Of a stretch of DNA of 64,000 nt, positions 11,401 through 19,633 are shown piece by piece (the stretch's first letter is position 1; the number at the start of each line of letters is the position of its first letter). Made by a program: the position numbers and the translations under genes. The notes below the pieces were generated by a model. That model saw nothing but the letters and a program-made list of their open reading frames with translations. It was not told where the DNA came from and made no database searches. Origin of the DNA: an uncultured Clostridia bacterium. Lineage in GTDB: Bacteria > Bacillota > Clostridia > TANB77 > CAG-508. Location: assembly GCA_944392175.1 (NCBI GenBank), contig CALXVT010000003.1, positions 1,973-65,972 on the forward strand. Reading direction: 5' to 3'.

Positions 11401-13793
11401 TCAATTAAATTTTCGTGTTCTCCTGTTATATCTAAACTATACCATTGATATGTATAATCATCTAAATCTATATAAGGAAGGGCATCACCTGCAAAGTTAG
11501 CAGTAACTGTCTTTGCAGAATTGTTTCCTGTAAATTCAATATATAGTGAATATTTTTCAATCACTACATTACTAACAGAATAATATTTTCCATCTGATAC
11601 AACAACAGTATAAATAATGTCATTATATAAATCTTGTTCATGTGTTACCTGTGTTTTATCTTGTAATTCATCTACAACATTTCCTTCAAAATACCATGTA
11701 TATGAATAAGGTCCTGATGAATAATTGTTTTCCACACTCACACTATATACTGGCTTATTAGAATCGTCTATCAAAATGTCAAATCTTGGATTTAATTTAA
11801 ATGTACCATCTTCATAAATCCATTCCATATTATCATTTGCACTAGCATTTGAATTAAATGAATTTAATCTAGATGATTCATTATTTGTATATCTACCTTT
11901 ATTTAAACCTTGAACATATTCAATGTCTTCTGCTCTCCAACCAGAAGCGTTATATGAATCAGATGTGCCATTAGTTTCTGAATTTGTATATCTTGTACCA
12001 TTTGCATAAAAATTCGTATAATAACTGTCTGACATTGTTAAATTACCTGAATCATTTCCATTCCAAATTGTAGAATAATTATCACTATTATTAATGTTTG
12101 TGTTATTAATAAGTCCTGCAAAAATTGGTCCAATAAATCCATTTGAATCAATACTTCCATTATATAAACAATTTGTTGGCCATACCGCTTGTGACCTTAT
12201 TGTACCAATAATACCAGCTGTATGATATTGTCCATCACCTGTTGTAGTATAACCTCCCCAAGACCAAGAAGTATATGCCATCGCACTTACACTAATATTA
12301 CCATTTACATAACAATTAGATATTTCATATCTTTTATTATTTCCAGGATCAGTATTGCTACTAGCAGTATTTGTAGCATATCCTGCAATTCCACCAATTG
12401 CTAATTGAGTATAGTTTGTTCTTAGTGTAAGATTACTACCACCAGAAATCGCAAGATCTGTTACAATACAATTTTGAATTGTAGAATTATTATACATTGT
12501 TCCAACAATTCCACCTATATGCCAACCTTTTGCAGTATTATCACTTGCAGTAGTACCATTTGAATTAATTGTAATATTAACTGCTCTTAATTCTATGTTT
12601 TTTATAGTAATTCTATTATTTCCAGCTCCAATTGTTCCAAATAATCCAAAGTTTTCAATTGTATTAGTAGGCATAGATGCTATATCAATTTTTAAATTTG
12701 ATATATAATGACCTGCACCATCAAAAACACCTTTAAAAGAGTTATTTGTATTTCCTATAGGAGTCCAATTTTTATTATTTAAATTTATGTTTGTAGCTAA
12801 TTGGAAATATGAATTCTCGTATGTATTCCCATTATTTACCTGACTTGATAAAAAACTTAGTTCACTAGCACTTGTTATTAAATAAGGCTCTTGCTCTGTT
12901 CCATTTCCAAATTTAAATTCTGTTGCTATCGTACCATCCCATACATCTTCATAAGTTCCATCTTCTGTAATTGCTCTAGTTAAAGCAAGAGTATTAATCT
13001 TAACATCAATTTCTTGCATAATTATAAATGTACCTAAATTCTTACTCTCTAAAGATATTTCTTTGCCTTCTATTGAAAAATCATCAATTTCTGATAACTT
13101 ATCATTTTCATTTATATATAATAATTTGTATTTACTCTCATCAGTAATCTCTTCCGTGCCTTCAAAATTTATTTTAAGTTTTTCTTCAGAAGAAAATTCT
13201 TTTTCATCTTTAATAATCTCAAGCTTTAATGCAAATTTCCAGTCCATTACTGAATTAATATATTTATCTATTTCATCATTTGTTTTACTTAAATCTTCTG
13301 AATTTTGAGAAATAGCTTTTAATTCAGCATTTAATGGTAAATATCCTTCTACTATGATGTTATATCCATCTTTTTCGACTGATATTATTTGATTATATAA
13401 ATCATCTTTAATATCATAATCAATTTCAAAATTAATTTTTTTCTCTTCTATTTCTTTATCAGTTAAATAAATTGTGTCTCCTGGAAATTTTTCAACAACA
13501 TTTTCTTCTTCTGTTTCATTATCTTCATTAATTAATTTTGAAGTAATATAAAACTTACTAATTTTCTTATTATTAGCTTCATCTGGTAAAACAATACTAT
13601 AGCCACTTTCATCTTCGTCAGTGGCTTCTATAGTTTCTGTTATTTCATTTACTATATTTTTTGAATCTGAAAAGGTTGCACTAATAGAGATTACTTTTTC
13701 AGCTCGAGAATTTTGAAATGCAATTAATTCAAATATAATTAAAATTAATAGTAATATTAATAAAAGTATTTTTCCTTTTCTTATTTTTTTCAT
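5460..13793 (-). CDS. Giant (2777 aa) surface adhesin-like protein with GLUG-type region and long (V/I)YGGGN beta-helix repeats
   Basis: N-terminal TM/signal segment; WDGT...GNGTEQEPYLITSASEL motif; dozens of VYGGGN/VFGGSN Gly-Asn repeats; no LPxTG or SLH anchor seen. Confidence 0.7.
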   Translation of the reverse strand: MKKIRKGKILLLILLLILIIFELIAFQNSRAEKVISISATFSDSKNIVNEITETIEATDEDESGYSIVLPDEANNKKISKFYITSKLINEDNETEEENVVEKFPGDTIYLTDKEIEEKKINFEIDYDIKDDLYNQIISVEKDGYNIIVEGYLPLNAELKAISQNSEDLSKTNDEIDKYINSVMDWKFALKLEIIKDEKEFSSEEKLKINFEGTEEITDESKYKLLYINENDKLSEIDDFSIEGKEISLESKNLGTFIIMQEIDVKINTLALTRAITEDGTYEDVWDGTIATEFKFGNGTEQEPYLITSASELSFLSSQVNNGNTYENSYFQLATNINLNNKNWTPIGNTNNSFKGVFDGAGHYISNLKIDIASMPTNTIENFGLFGTIGAGNNRITIKNIELRAVNITINSNGTTASDNTAKGWHIGGIVGTMYNNSTIQNCIVTDLAISGGSNLTLRTNYTQLAIGGIAGYATNTASSNTDPGNNKRYEISNCYVNGNISVSAMAYTSWSWGGYTTTGDGQYHTAGIIGTIRSQAVWPTNCLYNGSIDSNGFIGPIFAGLINNTNINNSDNYSTIWNGNDSGNLTMSDSYYTNFYANGTRYTNSETNGTSDSYNASGWRAEDIEYVQGLNKGRYTNNESSRLNSFNSNASANDNMEWIYEDGTFKLNPRFDILIDDSNKPVYSVSVENNYSSGPYSYTWYFEGNVVDELQDKTQVTHEQDLYNDIIYTVVVSDGKYYSVSNVVIEKYSLYIEFTGNNSAKTVTANFAGDALPYIDLDDYTYQWYSLDITGEHENLIEGETSLTLDNLEYGTEYKLIATNNEFSALTVEGKYLYGDRTVVYCNHANGNDRNDGFSPDTPVQNLSTAYSKLDNDGTRSSNIIVIMGTYDSNSIYNYKEGSNNANTYAKKATLTGKYSNVDYNGILYFYSGTYNYRYITEDTTFQNLTFYGGRDQMYFYLQGHSLTMGEGITMQNYATSNTNQGLLGGNAPAFHIFCGWNQYNYSTLPRKNAEVIIKSGTYGRIVGGGSPGTSSGQGQPISHDFMGSSKEDSFNITITIDIQNSTTADNYDYDVNLLTGGSAAGNNYSNVVQNIKNGSVGRLIGGSIGDSATIPSGSWGNPWNYPNNTFLGTAKINVTGGSVDELYGGCLGRNMDVVGRPNATDNTCDSYYYGTIDINISGGEIISNIYGAGAGGVTGYSENSSDPYKSYGEEFDTAVNINLTGGTVGGNIYGGGYGYTEYLNANVTAVDGGSLYGDSNITISGNPTINGEIYAAGCGYNYRNKQEIAQMEGNSNIDISGTPVINGKVFGAGAGVSGYAEMAKLIGTSNINISANLGTEVYGGGNIAKTEGNTNINILDGTHTAAIYGGGNIGEIQGNSTVNIIGGTQNTVYGGGNQAKVTNSTVNINGGTNTDVFAGGNSADVETTNVLVTGGNTTTLYGGSNQTGNINTSNINATGGIVGIIYGGNNVGGNTTDANVTINGGSVTDSVYGGGNEVDTQKAEIYLIKSGNNVPNVYGGGNQAGVTEPHIYGQGGQAENVYGGSNQSGDVPNSEIIIDSGTFGTIYGGNNAGGVTTTSDITINSGKITSAIYGGGNQADTQNSNIVVNNNSDKIPNVFGGGYSANVVTSIINMNGGSIGTVFGGSNTNGTVPTTNVNINGGITDTVYGGNNMGGSTITSNVTVNTNGTAGDVYGGGNEAITEETKVIINGKVTGSVYGGGNLAQIETSTDVLVENAQVTNNVYGGGNEGIVQENANVHIKNSNLENSVYAGGNGSAAIVKGNTVLIIDGANTKIAKNAFGGGNKAATGEEGVDTSSSTVNIVSGEIGGNVYGGANTSVVYGTTKTSIGFDAVNNQNLEMGDIHIGGTVFGGGEANESGSEIFDYSFISVTKGIEIYIDGNGYDNFDIDGSIFGSGNASSTSGTSMIDIKNYGTPDDPKYNVSIQRTNTCTISNSAISLDGATDRTNEYSDTYYTISRVDNVKLKNNSVLYLDYGANLLREFDSLVDINGQEVKATVSIDENGNTVKNVDNRIYMAEGRNLNVATNEQVTAYGVVNGMTFFGIYSNRITPSSSTGLYAPNYNNGDEITNPGLFSSNSYVRAQHKPDHDITVDGFYTNYNNDGKIKVNYVDTTPKDDVYYIWTVGEAIDVTVFEVSLIASKYATFGTYELSLIGFSEPNIRFDITGVTAGFQNGVNLVDPSQIPSIADTDEAADNTYGLTMSTGNNGWFNPSETTFLTENNGSYTGSSRYDGDNSTFTPTLNFCLYHSQNLTQERNLGEVRIRLQALVPVDDLNYEIKYIDIIVSINSRLYQDDYLEAAITPGDQFGLFTSTETSITNKSSFSTYFSLYIENFAETDYYDDYNNYERVLVSTTSSGTPYVLPEGTNITMLDMVTNEYYYYIVSADDVANNKYIYNIYDFIYMGSTDRKYPESERGQIYYNKDQDLVYENFIFQINFKDTNLNTDLIDNNILMEVRNKDNQTILGVLGIQRDVMRYSVYNDKDSTIGVSAKVDQVNYLGNDINLEVTTDFTQNIADSKIIYDTQYFNQKMGIKLTFTDINGNVLQNDSLLGIYFTIDGVNYYPRIDGTTRIKIADKVSNGLSKIIINTSNNTTLATGDYTIKIESFGSSDGIYYGLNSSDSTEVHLTIINSRFGLKVTTGDEYKIINKDTGQNENSENKISGTVEYSSGLENPNITVSLYRRKYDTVYSKEYELVDLADYVSINLDEATNKNEYLFSDSPKDVMNFEFNTNSNLMTGTYKLVFKLYDNDEFIGEEYEYIIIK

Positions 13794-13812
13794 CTAATAA
13801 TTCTCTCCAATA

Positions 13813-15351
13813 TTAATTTATATTTTCGTATAAACTCATTATTTCATTAATTTGATTAATGTTCATATTGGCTTTTTCTATATTTATATCTAATTTTAGC
13901 TTTCCTAAAGTTTGATATAAATTATCTATGTTATCTTCTTGAACATCATCTTTTGCTATATTAAATTTTAATAAAGAATATCTATCTTTTATTATTAATG
14001 ATATATCTTTTTCTTCTTGCATTAGTATATTATTAATTATTTGAATATTCGTAGATTTTACAAAATTATTAAAATCAATAATAAGCTCATCTATTTCCGT
14101 TGGCGTTATCGTTGGAATATATATTATAGATATGTCCCTTACATAAGATTTAAAAGAATTCGCAAATTTAAATACATCATATATAGTTGCATTATCATTT
14201 AAATCTGTATAAATCTTATTATATACTTTTGCTTTATCTAATTCTTTATATAAATTTTGAATATTTTTAATTAGCTCCGCATATTGAACATTTGTATCTT
14301 CATCCTTCTTTTTGAACAAGAAAAATTTTTTAGTTTTAACATCATTAAATTTGTCCAATTTCTTTTCTTCAATTTGGATCTTTTTTAAAGTATCTTCATA
14401 TATTTTTTTATATTGTTCTCTTGCTAAATAATGTTTCTTTATATCATCAAAAATAAATTTAAATCTCAAATAATTTTTAAATTCAAAAATATTATTATAA
14501 AATTTCAGAATATTATCTTTAATTTCTTTATCTTCTTCTAAGAATTTTATATCTATAATTTTAGCATATTCTTTTTGGATTCTATTAGGCATAAAATCAT
14601 TAATATTTACTTCTTTATTTAAAAATTTATTAATAATTGTATGTTTATCAGTATCAATTGTATTTTCAAGAATTGATTTTAAATCTAGATACTTATTAAA
14701 TATTTCATCAGATGTAAGTTCAAATTTTTTAAGTAATTCATCTTTTGCCTTTTCAAAATATTTAGACAATCTAGCTTCGTTTTGTAAATAAATATATCTA
14801 ATGTTTAATTCCAAATGAACAATTATTTCTGGACACTTCCAATAAATATCCTCAAATGCCTTTTTTATTTTTTTAGAATTCAAATTATCTTTTTCGTCAA
14901 AAAAAACTTGCATATATTCTTTAGTATACTTACTATAATTAAAATCTGATGGTTTTAAATTAATTCCTACTGATTTAAAAGAATTTATACATTGTAATAT
15001 TTCTTTATTAACATTTTCCAAATTGTCTTTATAATATCTTTTAAGCCTCCATATGTTTTCATCTAAATTCATTTTTTCATATGGAGTTTTAAAAGAATTT
15101 AAAATATGTAAATTATCTTCCATTTGGTCTAATGATGTTTTTAATTCTAAAATTTCTTTATTTTCTTTTAAATCACTCATTTTTTTCGAATATCTATTTT
15201 TAATTTCATTATAGATTTCTTCTTTAATTTTAAAATATTCTTCTTTTAAATCTTCTAATGATTTTTTGAATTTTTCTTTATTTTTCTTATTGTTTTTTGG
15301 CATATTATCCAAAATTTCTTTACTTACTGATATTTTATCTAAAAACTCCAT
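13813..15351 (-). CDS. Hypothetical cytoplasmic helical/coiled-coil protein
   Basis: 512-aa ORF with AGGAG RBS; K/E/I-rich, no TM segment or recognisable catalytic motif; 19 bp upstream of the giant gene. Confidence 0.7.
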   Translation of the reverse strand: MEFLDKISVSKEILDNMPKNNKKNKEKFKKSLEDLKEEYFKIKEEIYNEIKNRYSKKMSDLKENKEILELKTSLDQMEDNLHILNSFKTPYEKMNLDENIWRLKRYYKDNLENVNKEILQCINSFKSVGINLKPSDFNYSKYTKEYMQVFFDEKDNLNSKKIKKAFEDIYWKCPEIIVHLELNIRYIYLQNEARLSKYFEKAKDELLKKFELTSDEIFNKYLDLKSILENTIDTDKHTIINKFLNKEVNINDFMPNRIQKEYAKIIDIKFLEEDKEIKDNILKFYNNIFEFKNYLRFKFIFDDIKKHYLAREQYKKIYEDTLKKIQIEEKKLDKFNDVKTKKFFLFKKKDEDTNVQYAELIKNIQNLYKELDKAKVYNKIYTDLNDNATIYDVFKFANSFKSYVRDISIIYIPTITPTEIDELIIDFNNFVKSTNIQIINNILMQEEKDISLIIKDRYSLLKFNIAKDDVQEDNIDNLYQTLGKLKLDINIEKANMNINQINEIMSLYENIN

Positions 15352-15359
15352 AACAACTC

Positions 15360-15467
15360 CTAATTCTCTAAATTATTTTCTTCAATTTCCAAATATTTTA
15401 AAAAATCATTTACCTGTTTATAGGCATCTAATAATTCTTCTGTTGAAATATCTTTAAATTCTTTCAT
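15360..15467 (-). CDS. Small 35-aa protein (MKEFKDISTEELLDAYKQVNDFLKYLEIEENNLEN)
   Basis: GAAAGGA RBS before the ATG; its TAG stop overlaps the AGGAG RBS of the 15351 gene; amphipathic helix pattern; below the ORF-track size cutoff. Confidence 0.65.
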   Translation of the reverse strand: MKEFKDISTEELLDAYKQVNDFLKYLEIEENNLEN

Positions 15468-15688
15468 AACAGTTCCTTTCTTGTATTATTTTCTTAGTGT
15501 ATTATATCAATAACAACAAAATATATCCATATTTTTTTGATATTTTATTCTTATTTTTTGTAGAAATTTTTAAGTATACAGTTAAATTATGACATTTAGT
15601 TTCGGAATAAAAGCTTATATTTATAATAATGCAAAACTTATCTAAAACTTACTTTACTTCGTACAGCCAAGAAATTCTCGCCTAATAC

Positions 15689-15722
15689 AAAAAAGCATTA
15701 GCTAAACTGCTAATGCTTTTTT
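15689..15722. terminator. Intrinsic terminator downstream of the tasA-like gene
   Basis: AAAAAAGCATTAGC-taaact-GCTAATGCTTTTTT. Confidence 0.8.
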
Positions 15723-15741
15723 AATATATATTAAATTAATA

Positions 15742-16728
15742 TTATTCAGTTGCTTTAGTTATTTGAACGTTAAATGATATATCTGTACCAGATGCATTAT
15801 TTTCACAGTCTACATCTTGTCCTTCTACCCACATATATATTCTAACTTTAGTAATACCAGCTTTTAAATTTAATAATGATTGTTGAGCATCAAAGTCTTT
15901 TGGAGTAGAAATTGTAGGTGTTACAGCTTGAAAATAGTCTCCAAAATCATCTGCACTCGCAGTTTTTAATGTTACACCTTGATCTATATCAAATGCAGCT
16001 TTTATTCCATCATAAGCTAATTGATCTCCACCAGTTGTTGTTGTATCTATATTATAAATTTCTTTTGCATTATAAACACCTGATTGAGTATGAACATCAT
16101 AATTTGGTTCCCAAATAATAGAAGTAGTTCCGTCTTTTAATGCCTGTGCTTGAGATGATTGTGAAACATCGGAAACATTACCTTCATCTATAAATGCAAC
16201 TCTTGCAGCATTTTGTAATCCTTTATCTGTTGCTCCTTGTTTATATGTAACATTAGACGCTGTTGTTAAATAAACTTGAGATGGTTGGTCAATTCTTAAG
16301 AAAATATCAAAAGCAATATATGTTCCTGTTGTTCCTCTTGTATCTGTTAATTTATTTGAAACTAAAGTATAGTCTGCTCCAGAATCATCTGCATCAACTT
16401 CTCCTGAGAACATATCCATAACACCAGCTGTTACAGTTCCAGCTGTTGAAACTGGTTCCATTTCATCAGGCATTTGGTTTGTATTTGTAGCATATGTAGC
16501 AGTAGCACCTGTTATATCTTCTTTTTGTAATATTGTTTTCCAATTTATTGCATCTGCTGAAATTTGTAAACCATTAGATGTTTGAACATTAACATCTAGT
16601 GTACTAATAGTTACTGTTTGGTTTGCAGTAAACCAAGCATATGTAGATACTATTAAAAATACTAATAAAAGTAATAGTAATAATAATGAGTATCTTAAAT
16701 TGTTTTTTCTTTTGTTCCTCTTTGCCAT
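15742..16728 (-). CDS. TasA/camelysin-like fibre subunit with SipW-type signal peptide (probable major subunit)
   Basis: Basic N-terminus, hydrophobic stretch, then STYAWFT (SipW-cognate cleavage motif); Thr/Asp-rich beta-type body; has its own promoter and terminator. Confidence 0.75.
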   Translation of the reverse strand: MAKRNKRKNNLRYSLLLLLLLLVFLIVSTYAWFTANQTVTISTLDVNVQTSNGLQISADAINWKTILQKEDITGATATYATNTNQMPDEMEPVSTAGTVTAGVMDMFSGEVDADDSGADYTLVSNKLTDTRGTTGTYIAFDIFLRIDQPSQVYLTTASNVTYKQGATDKGLQNAARVAFIDEGNVSDVSQSSQAQALKDGTTSIIWEPNYDVHTQSGVYNAKEIYNIDTTTTGGDQLAYDGIKAAFDIDQGVTLKTASADDFGDYFQAVTPTISTPKDFDAQQSLLNLKAGITKVRIYMWVEGQDVDCENNASGTDISFNVQITKATE

Positions 16729-16782
16729 AATTTATCCCTCTTTCTTTATTTTTTCTATTGTACGTTCTTTCACTATACTATC

Positions 16783-16811
16783 ATAATACAACAAATTTTA
16801 TTTTTTGTCAA
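16783..16811 (-). promoter_or_regulatory. Sigma-A-type promoter of the tasA-like gene
   Basis: TTGACA-17 bp-TATTAT on the minus strand. Confidence 0.65.
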
Positions 16812-16867
16812 CAATTGTAAATTCAGTCACAAAAATGTAATATATAGTTTGGCTGAAAATCACTTGA

Positions 16868-17608
16868 TTATACTTGATTTGCAGTATTTTGTTGCTCTGT
16901 GTGTTCTTCTGTAATATCCATGTGCATTTTCATTTCCCCGCCAATTAATTCATCCGTACAATCAGGATCATCTCCCTCTAAAAATATTACAATAGTAAAT
17001 TTATCTATCTCACCTGGTTGCATATTTTGTCTTTGCTGTAAAATTAAATTTGTATTACTATAAAATGGTGTTGTTATTTCATCTCCAAAAATCTCTGCTT
17101 CACCTGTTGTTTCATTGGCTTTAGCATATATTGTTTGTTCATCATTTCTTATTACCATTATTCTTATAGCTCTATCTACATTTTTTATAACATCGTCTGA
17201 AATAATTGTATACCAATAATTAATTGGATCCACACCTTGATTTTCCAAATAAAAACTATATGCTAAATAATTATCACCATTATGGCTTCCCTCTCCCTCA
17301 GACAAATTATCTGGAAGCCATTTTACACATATATTATCCATATATTCTAATTTTTCAGCTTTTAAAATTCTTTTATGTTGCTTATCTGCTAAACGCTCAT
17401 ACATAACAAGACCACTTTTTTCTTCTAATTGTGGATCTAAAGATACAGTAAAATCTCCTAATTCATATACAACTCTTAAAATAAAATACAATATAATTAA
17501 AAATAGTAAAATTAAAAGTATTGTAATTTTTAGAATTTTTATTTTTTGTTCTCTTTTCTTTACTTTCTCAGAATCTAAAGTAATTTTGGCTTTGTTCTTA
17601 TTTTTCAT
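16868..17608 (-). CDS. Membrane-anchored TasA-related accessory subunit
   Basis: N-terminal TM; C-terminus FLEGDDPDC matches WVEGQDVDC of the 15742 protein; MQPG motif. Confidence 0.6.
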   Translation of the reverse strand: MKNKNKAKITLDSEKVKKREQKIKILKITILLILLFLIILYFILRVVYELGDFTVSLDPQLEEKSGLVMYERLADKQHKRILKAEKLEYMDNICVKWLPDNLSEGEGSHNGDNYLAYSFYLENQGVDPINYWYTIISDDVIKNVDRAIRIMVIRNDEQTIYAKANETTGEAEIFGDEITTPFYSNTNLILQQRQNMQPGEIDKFTIVIFLEGDDPDCTDELIGGEMKMHMDITEEHTEQQNTANQV

Positions 17609-17678
17609 TCACTTTCCGCCTTTCTTTTGTATTGCTTTATTTTATTTTATATGTTATAAAGATTATAGGTGATTACAT

Positions 17679-18272
17679 ATGAAGAATTATAAAAAATTAT
17701 TAATTTTACTTGCAGTAATTTGTTTAGCAATTGCTATAATCTCATTTTTATTAATTTATGCTAAATATACTACATCTGCTAATAGTCAAACTGATGTGCC
17801 AATTGCAAGATGGAATATTTTAGTAAATAATATATCTATTAAGGATCAATCAGATATATCCCAAACATTACAACCAATCTTTCCTGGCAACGAAAATATC
17901 GCAAAAGATATACTCGCACCTACTGCTGAAGGCTATTTTGATTTATATTTTGATTATAATGATGTAGATGTATCCTTTAAATATACAATTTCATTAGCAC
18001 CTTCTGAACAAAGTTCAGTTAAAGATATTGTTGCAACAGGCTATTCAGTAGATGATGGTGAAATCATTAATTTTACAAATTATAATGAAGATATTACAGA
18101 TAGTATTAGTTTGGATAATCCAACCAGAACACGAAAGATTCGAGTATATGTAAAATGGAATGATGATTCAAATACTGCTACAATGGATAATTATGCAGAT
18201 ACAGAATCAGCTCTATCTGGTAATCCTGCATTATTTAACGTAAATATAACTTTTGACCAAATAATTGCTTAA
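17679..18272 (+). CDS. TasA-like subunit with SipW-type signal peptide
   Basis: IYAKYTT cleavage-like motif; ARWNI...LAPTAEGYF...DVSFKYTI...VKW shared with the 25362 protein. Confidence 0.65.
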   Translation: MKNYKKLLILLAVICLAIAIISFLLIYAKYTTSANSQTDVPIARWNILVNNISIKDQSDISQTLQPIFPGNENIAKDILAPTAEGYFDLYFDYNDVDVSFKYTISLAPSEQSSVKDIVATGYSVDDGEIINFTNYNEDITDSISLDNPTRTRKIRVYVKWNDDSNTATMDNYADTESALSGNPALFNVNITFDQIIA

Positions 18273-18281
18273 ATTATATTT

Positions 18282-18313
18282 ATAACTCTTGCTTAAAGCA
18301 AGAGTTATTTTTA
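18282..18313. terminator. Intrinsic terminator between convergent genes
   Basis: ATAACTCTTGC-ttaaa-GCAAGAGTTAT followed by a T run. Confidence 0.75.
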
Positions 18314-18367
18314 TTGGTTCTACCAAATTATCTCTTACCAAACGAAACTCAAGCTTTCGATGTAGGC

Positions 18368-19621
18368 TTAATTAGCACTCTGCTCTGCAGTTAATTCAAA
18401 TTTAACAATTAAACCTTTTCCATCTGGATTATTTTCTTGAAATTCATAAGATTTATTTCCATAATAAGTATCTACAATATCATTTCCAGATTCAAATGGC
18501 CATACAACTTTTACAGTAAACTTACCTTGACCAGTTCCTGCTTCAATTTGATTTGAAGATGTATCTATTGTAATCTTAAATGGATAAGATTCTAAAATGT
18601 TCTGTAAATCATCAGATGTATATTGCTCCCCTATTTCGTACTTTTCTCCAAATATTTCTATAGATGTTATTCTATAAGATAATTCAGCATTTATTTCACC
18701 TTTATTTACAACTTCAATTTCTTTTGTATAATCTTCCATTCCAGGATAAATTCTATCAATTTCTAATACGATATCATTTTTGATTATCTGGTCATCTGTT
18801 TTAAAATCAATTTCCCATGCAGCAACATGAGTATCTAATTCTAATGATGCTTTTGTAATATAAATAAACCATGCAAATGCATTAAACGCTAAAAGTACAA
18901 TTAAGATAATCATTGTTTTTGTATTAATATATTTAATTATGTTTTTTGTTTTTTTTTTATTTTTCTCCTCTGTTTCTTCAGTTACTTCTTCTTTTTCCTT
19001 TTCTTTCTCCTGTACTTTTTCTTCATTTGAATTATTTTTGTTTTTTTCTTCGTTATTTTCTTCTATTTCTTTTTTTCCTTCTTTATAACTTATTATGTTG
19101 TCAACAATTATTTTACAGATAATTACAGCTACTGGAACAAATATTAAGAAATAGAATGCATATATATTATTTATTATTTTACTTATAAAACTTAATATTA
19201 TTGTCTTATATACAATTTTTCCATAAATTTGATCTTCAGAAATTTCTGGATCTTCTAATTCATTTGCAACTCCTTTTGTAATAAAATAATATTTTCCGTT
19301 TTCTTCCCTTTTGGATATAACTCTATGTGTTACAATTCTACCGTTAAGATCTTGTGCTTCACCTTTGTATACTATATCATCGCCAACTTGAATTTCTTCC
19401 GGAGAAATTTCTCTAGATACCAAAATATCGCCAACATTATATACAGGAACCATACTTCCTGTTGCTACATTAAATATTCTAAAACCTGCAATAGTTAAAT
19501 TATTATTAGAAAACCTTTGTATTGCTACGACTAACAAAACGAAAACAATAATTATATATAATAATACATATATTGTTTTACCTATCCCTTTTAATATTTT
19601 ATTGTTCAGAATATTTTTCAT
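18368..19621 (-). CDS. SipW-type signal peptidase fused through a charged linker to a TasA-like subunit
   Basis: N-half VATGSMVP, VTHRV, TKGVAN; E/K linker; second signal-like segment ending NAFAWFI; C-half AAWEI...IYPG...VVW. Confidence 0.7.
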   Translation of the reverse strand: MKNILNNKILKGIGKTIYVLLYIIIVFVLLVVAIQRFSNNNLTIAGFRIFNVATGSMVPVYNVGDILVSREISPEEIQVGDDIVYKGEAQDLNGRIVTHRVISKREENGKYYFITKGVANELEDPEISEDQIYGKIVYKTIILSFISKIINNIYAFYFLIFVPVAVIICKIIVDNIISYKEGKKEIEENNEEKNKNNSNEEKVQEKEKEKEEVTEETEEKNKKKTKNIIKYINTKTMIILIVLLAFNAFAWFIYITKASLELDTHVAAWEIDFKTDDQIIKNDIVLEIDRIYPGMEDYTKEIEVVNKGEINAELSYRITSIEIFGEKYEIGEQYTSDDLQNILESYPFKITIDTSSNQIEAGTGQGKFTVKVVWPFESGNDIVDTYYGNKSYEFQENNPDGKGLIVKFELTAEQSAN

Positions 19622-19633
19622 CTTATGTTCCTC

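Noticed and set aside
967-13308. Numerous short + strand ORFs in the track (e.g. 967, 8293, 8701, 13063), and similar ones elsewhere (24940, 25525, 26150, 29544, 41676, 55157)
   Set aside because: Antisense shadows of long minus-strand genes, with no RBS or protein-like motifs
15630-15672. GCAAAAC...TCTAA...ACAGCCA resembling part of a c-di-GMP-I riboswitch
   Set aside because: The P1 GGCAAA/GAAA elements and pairing are missing, and it is on the strand opposite to the adjacent genes
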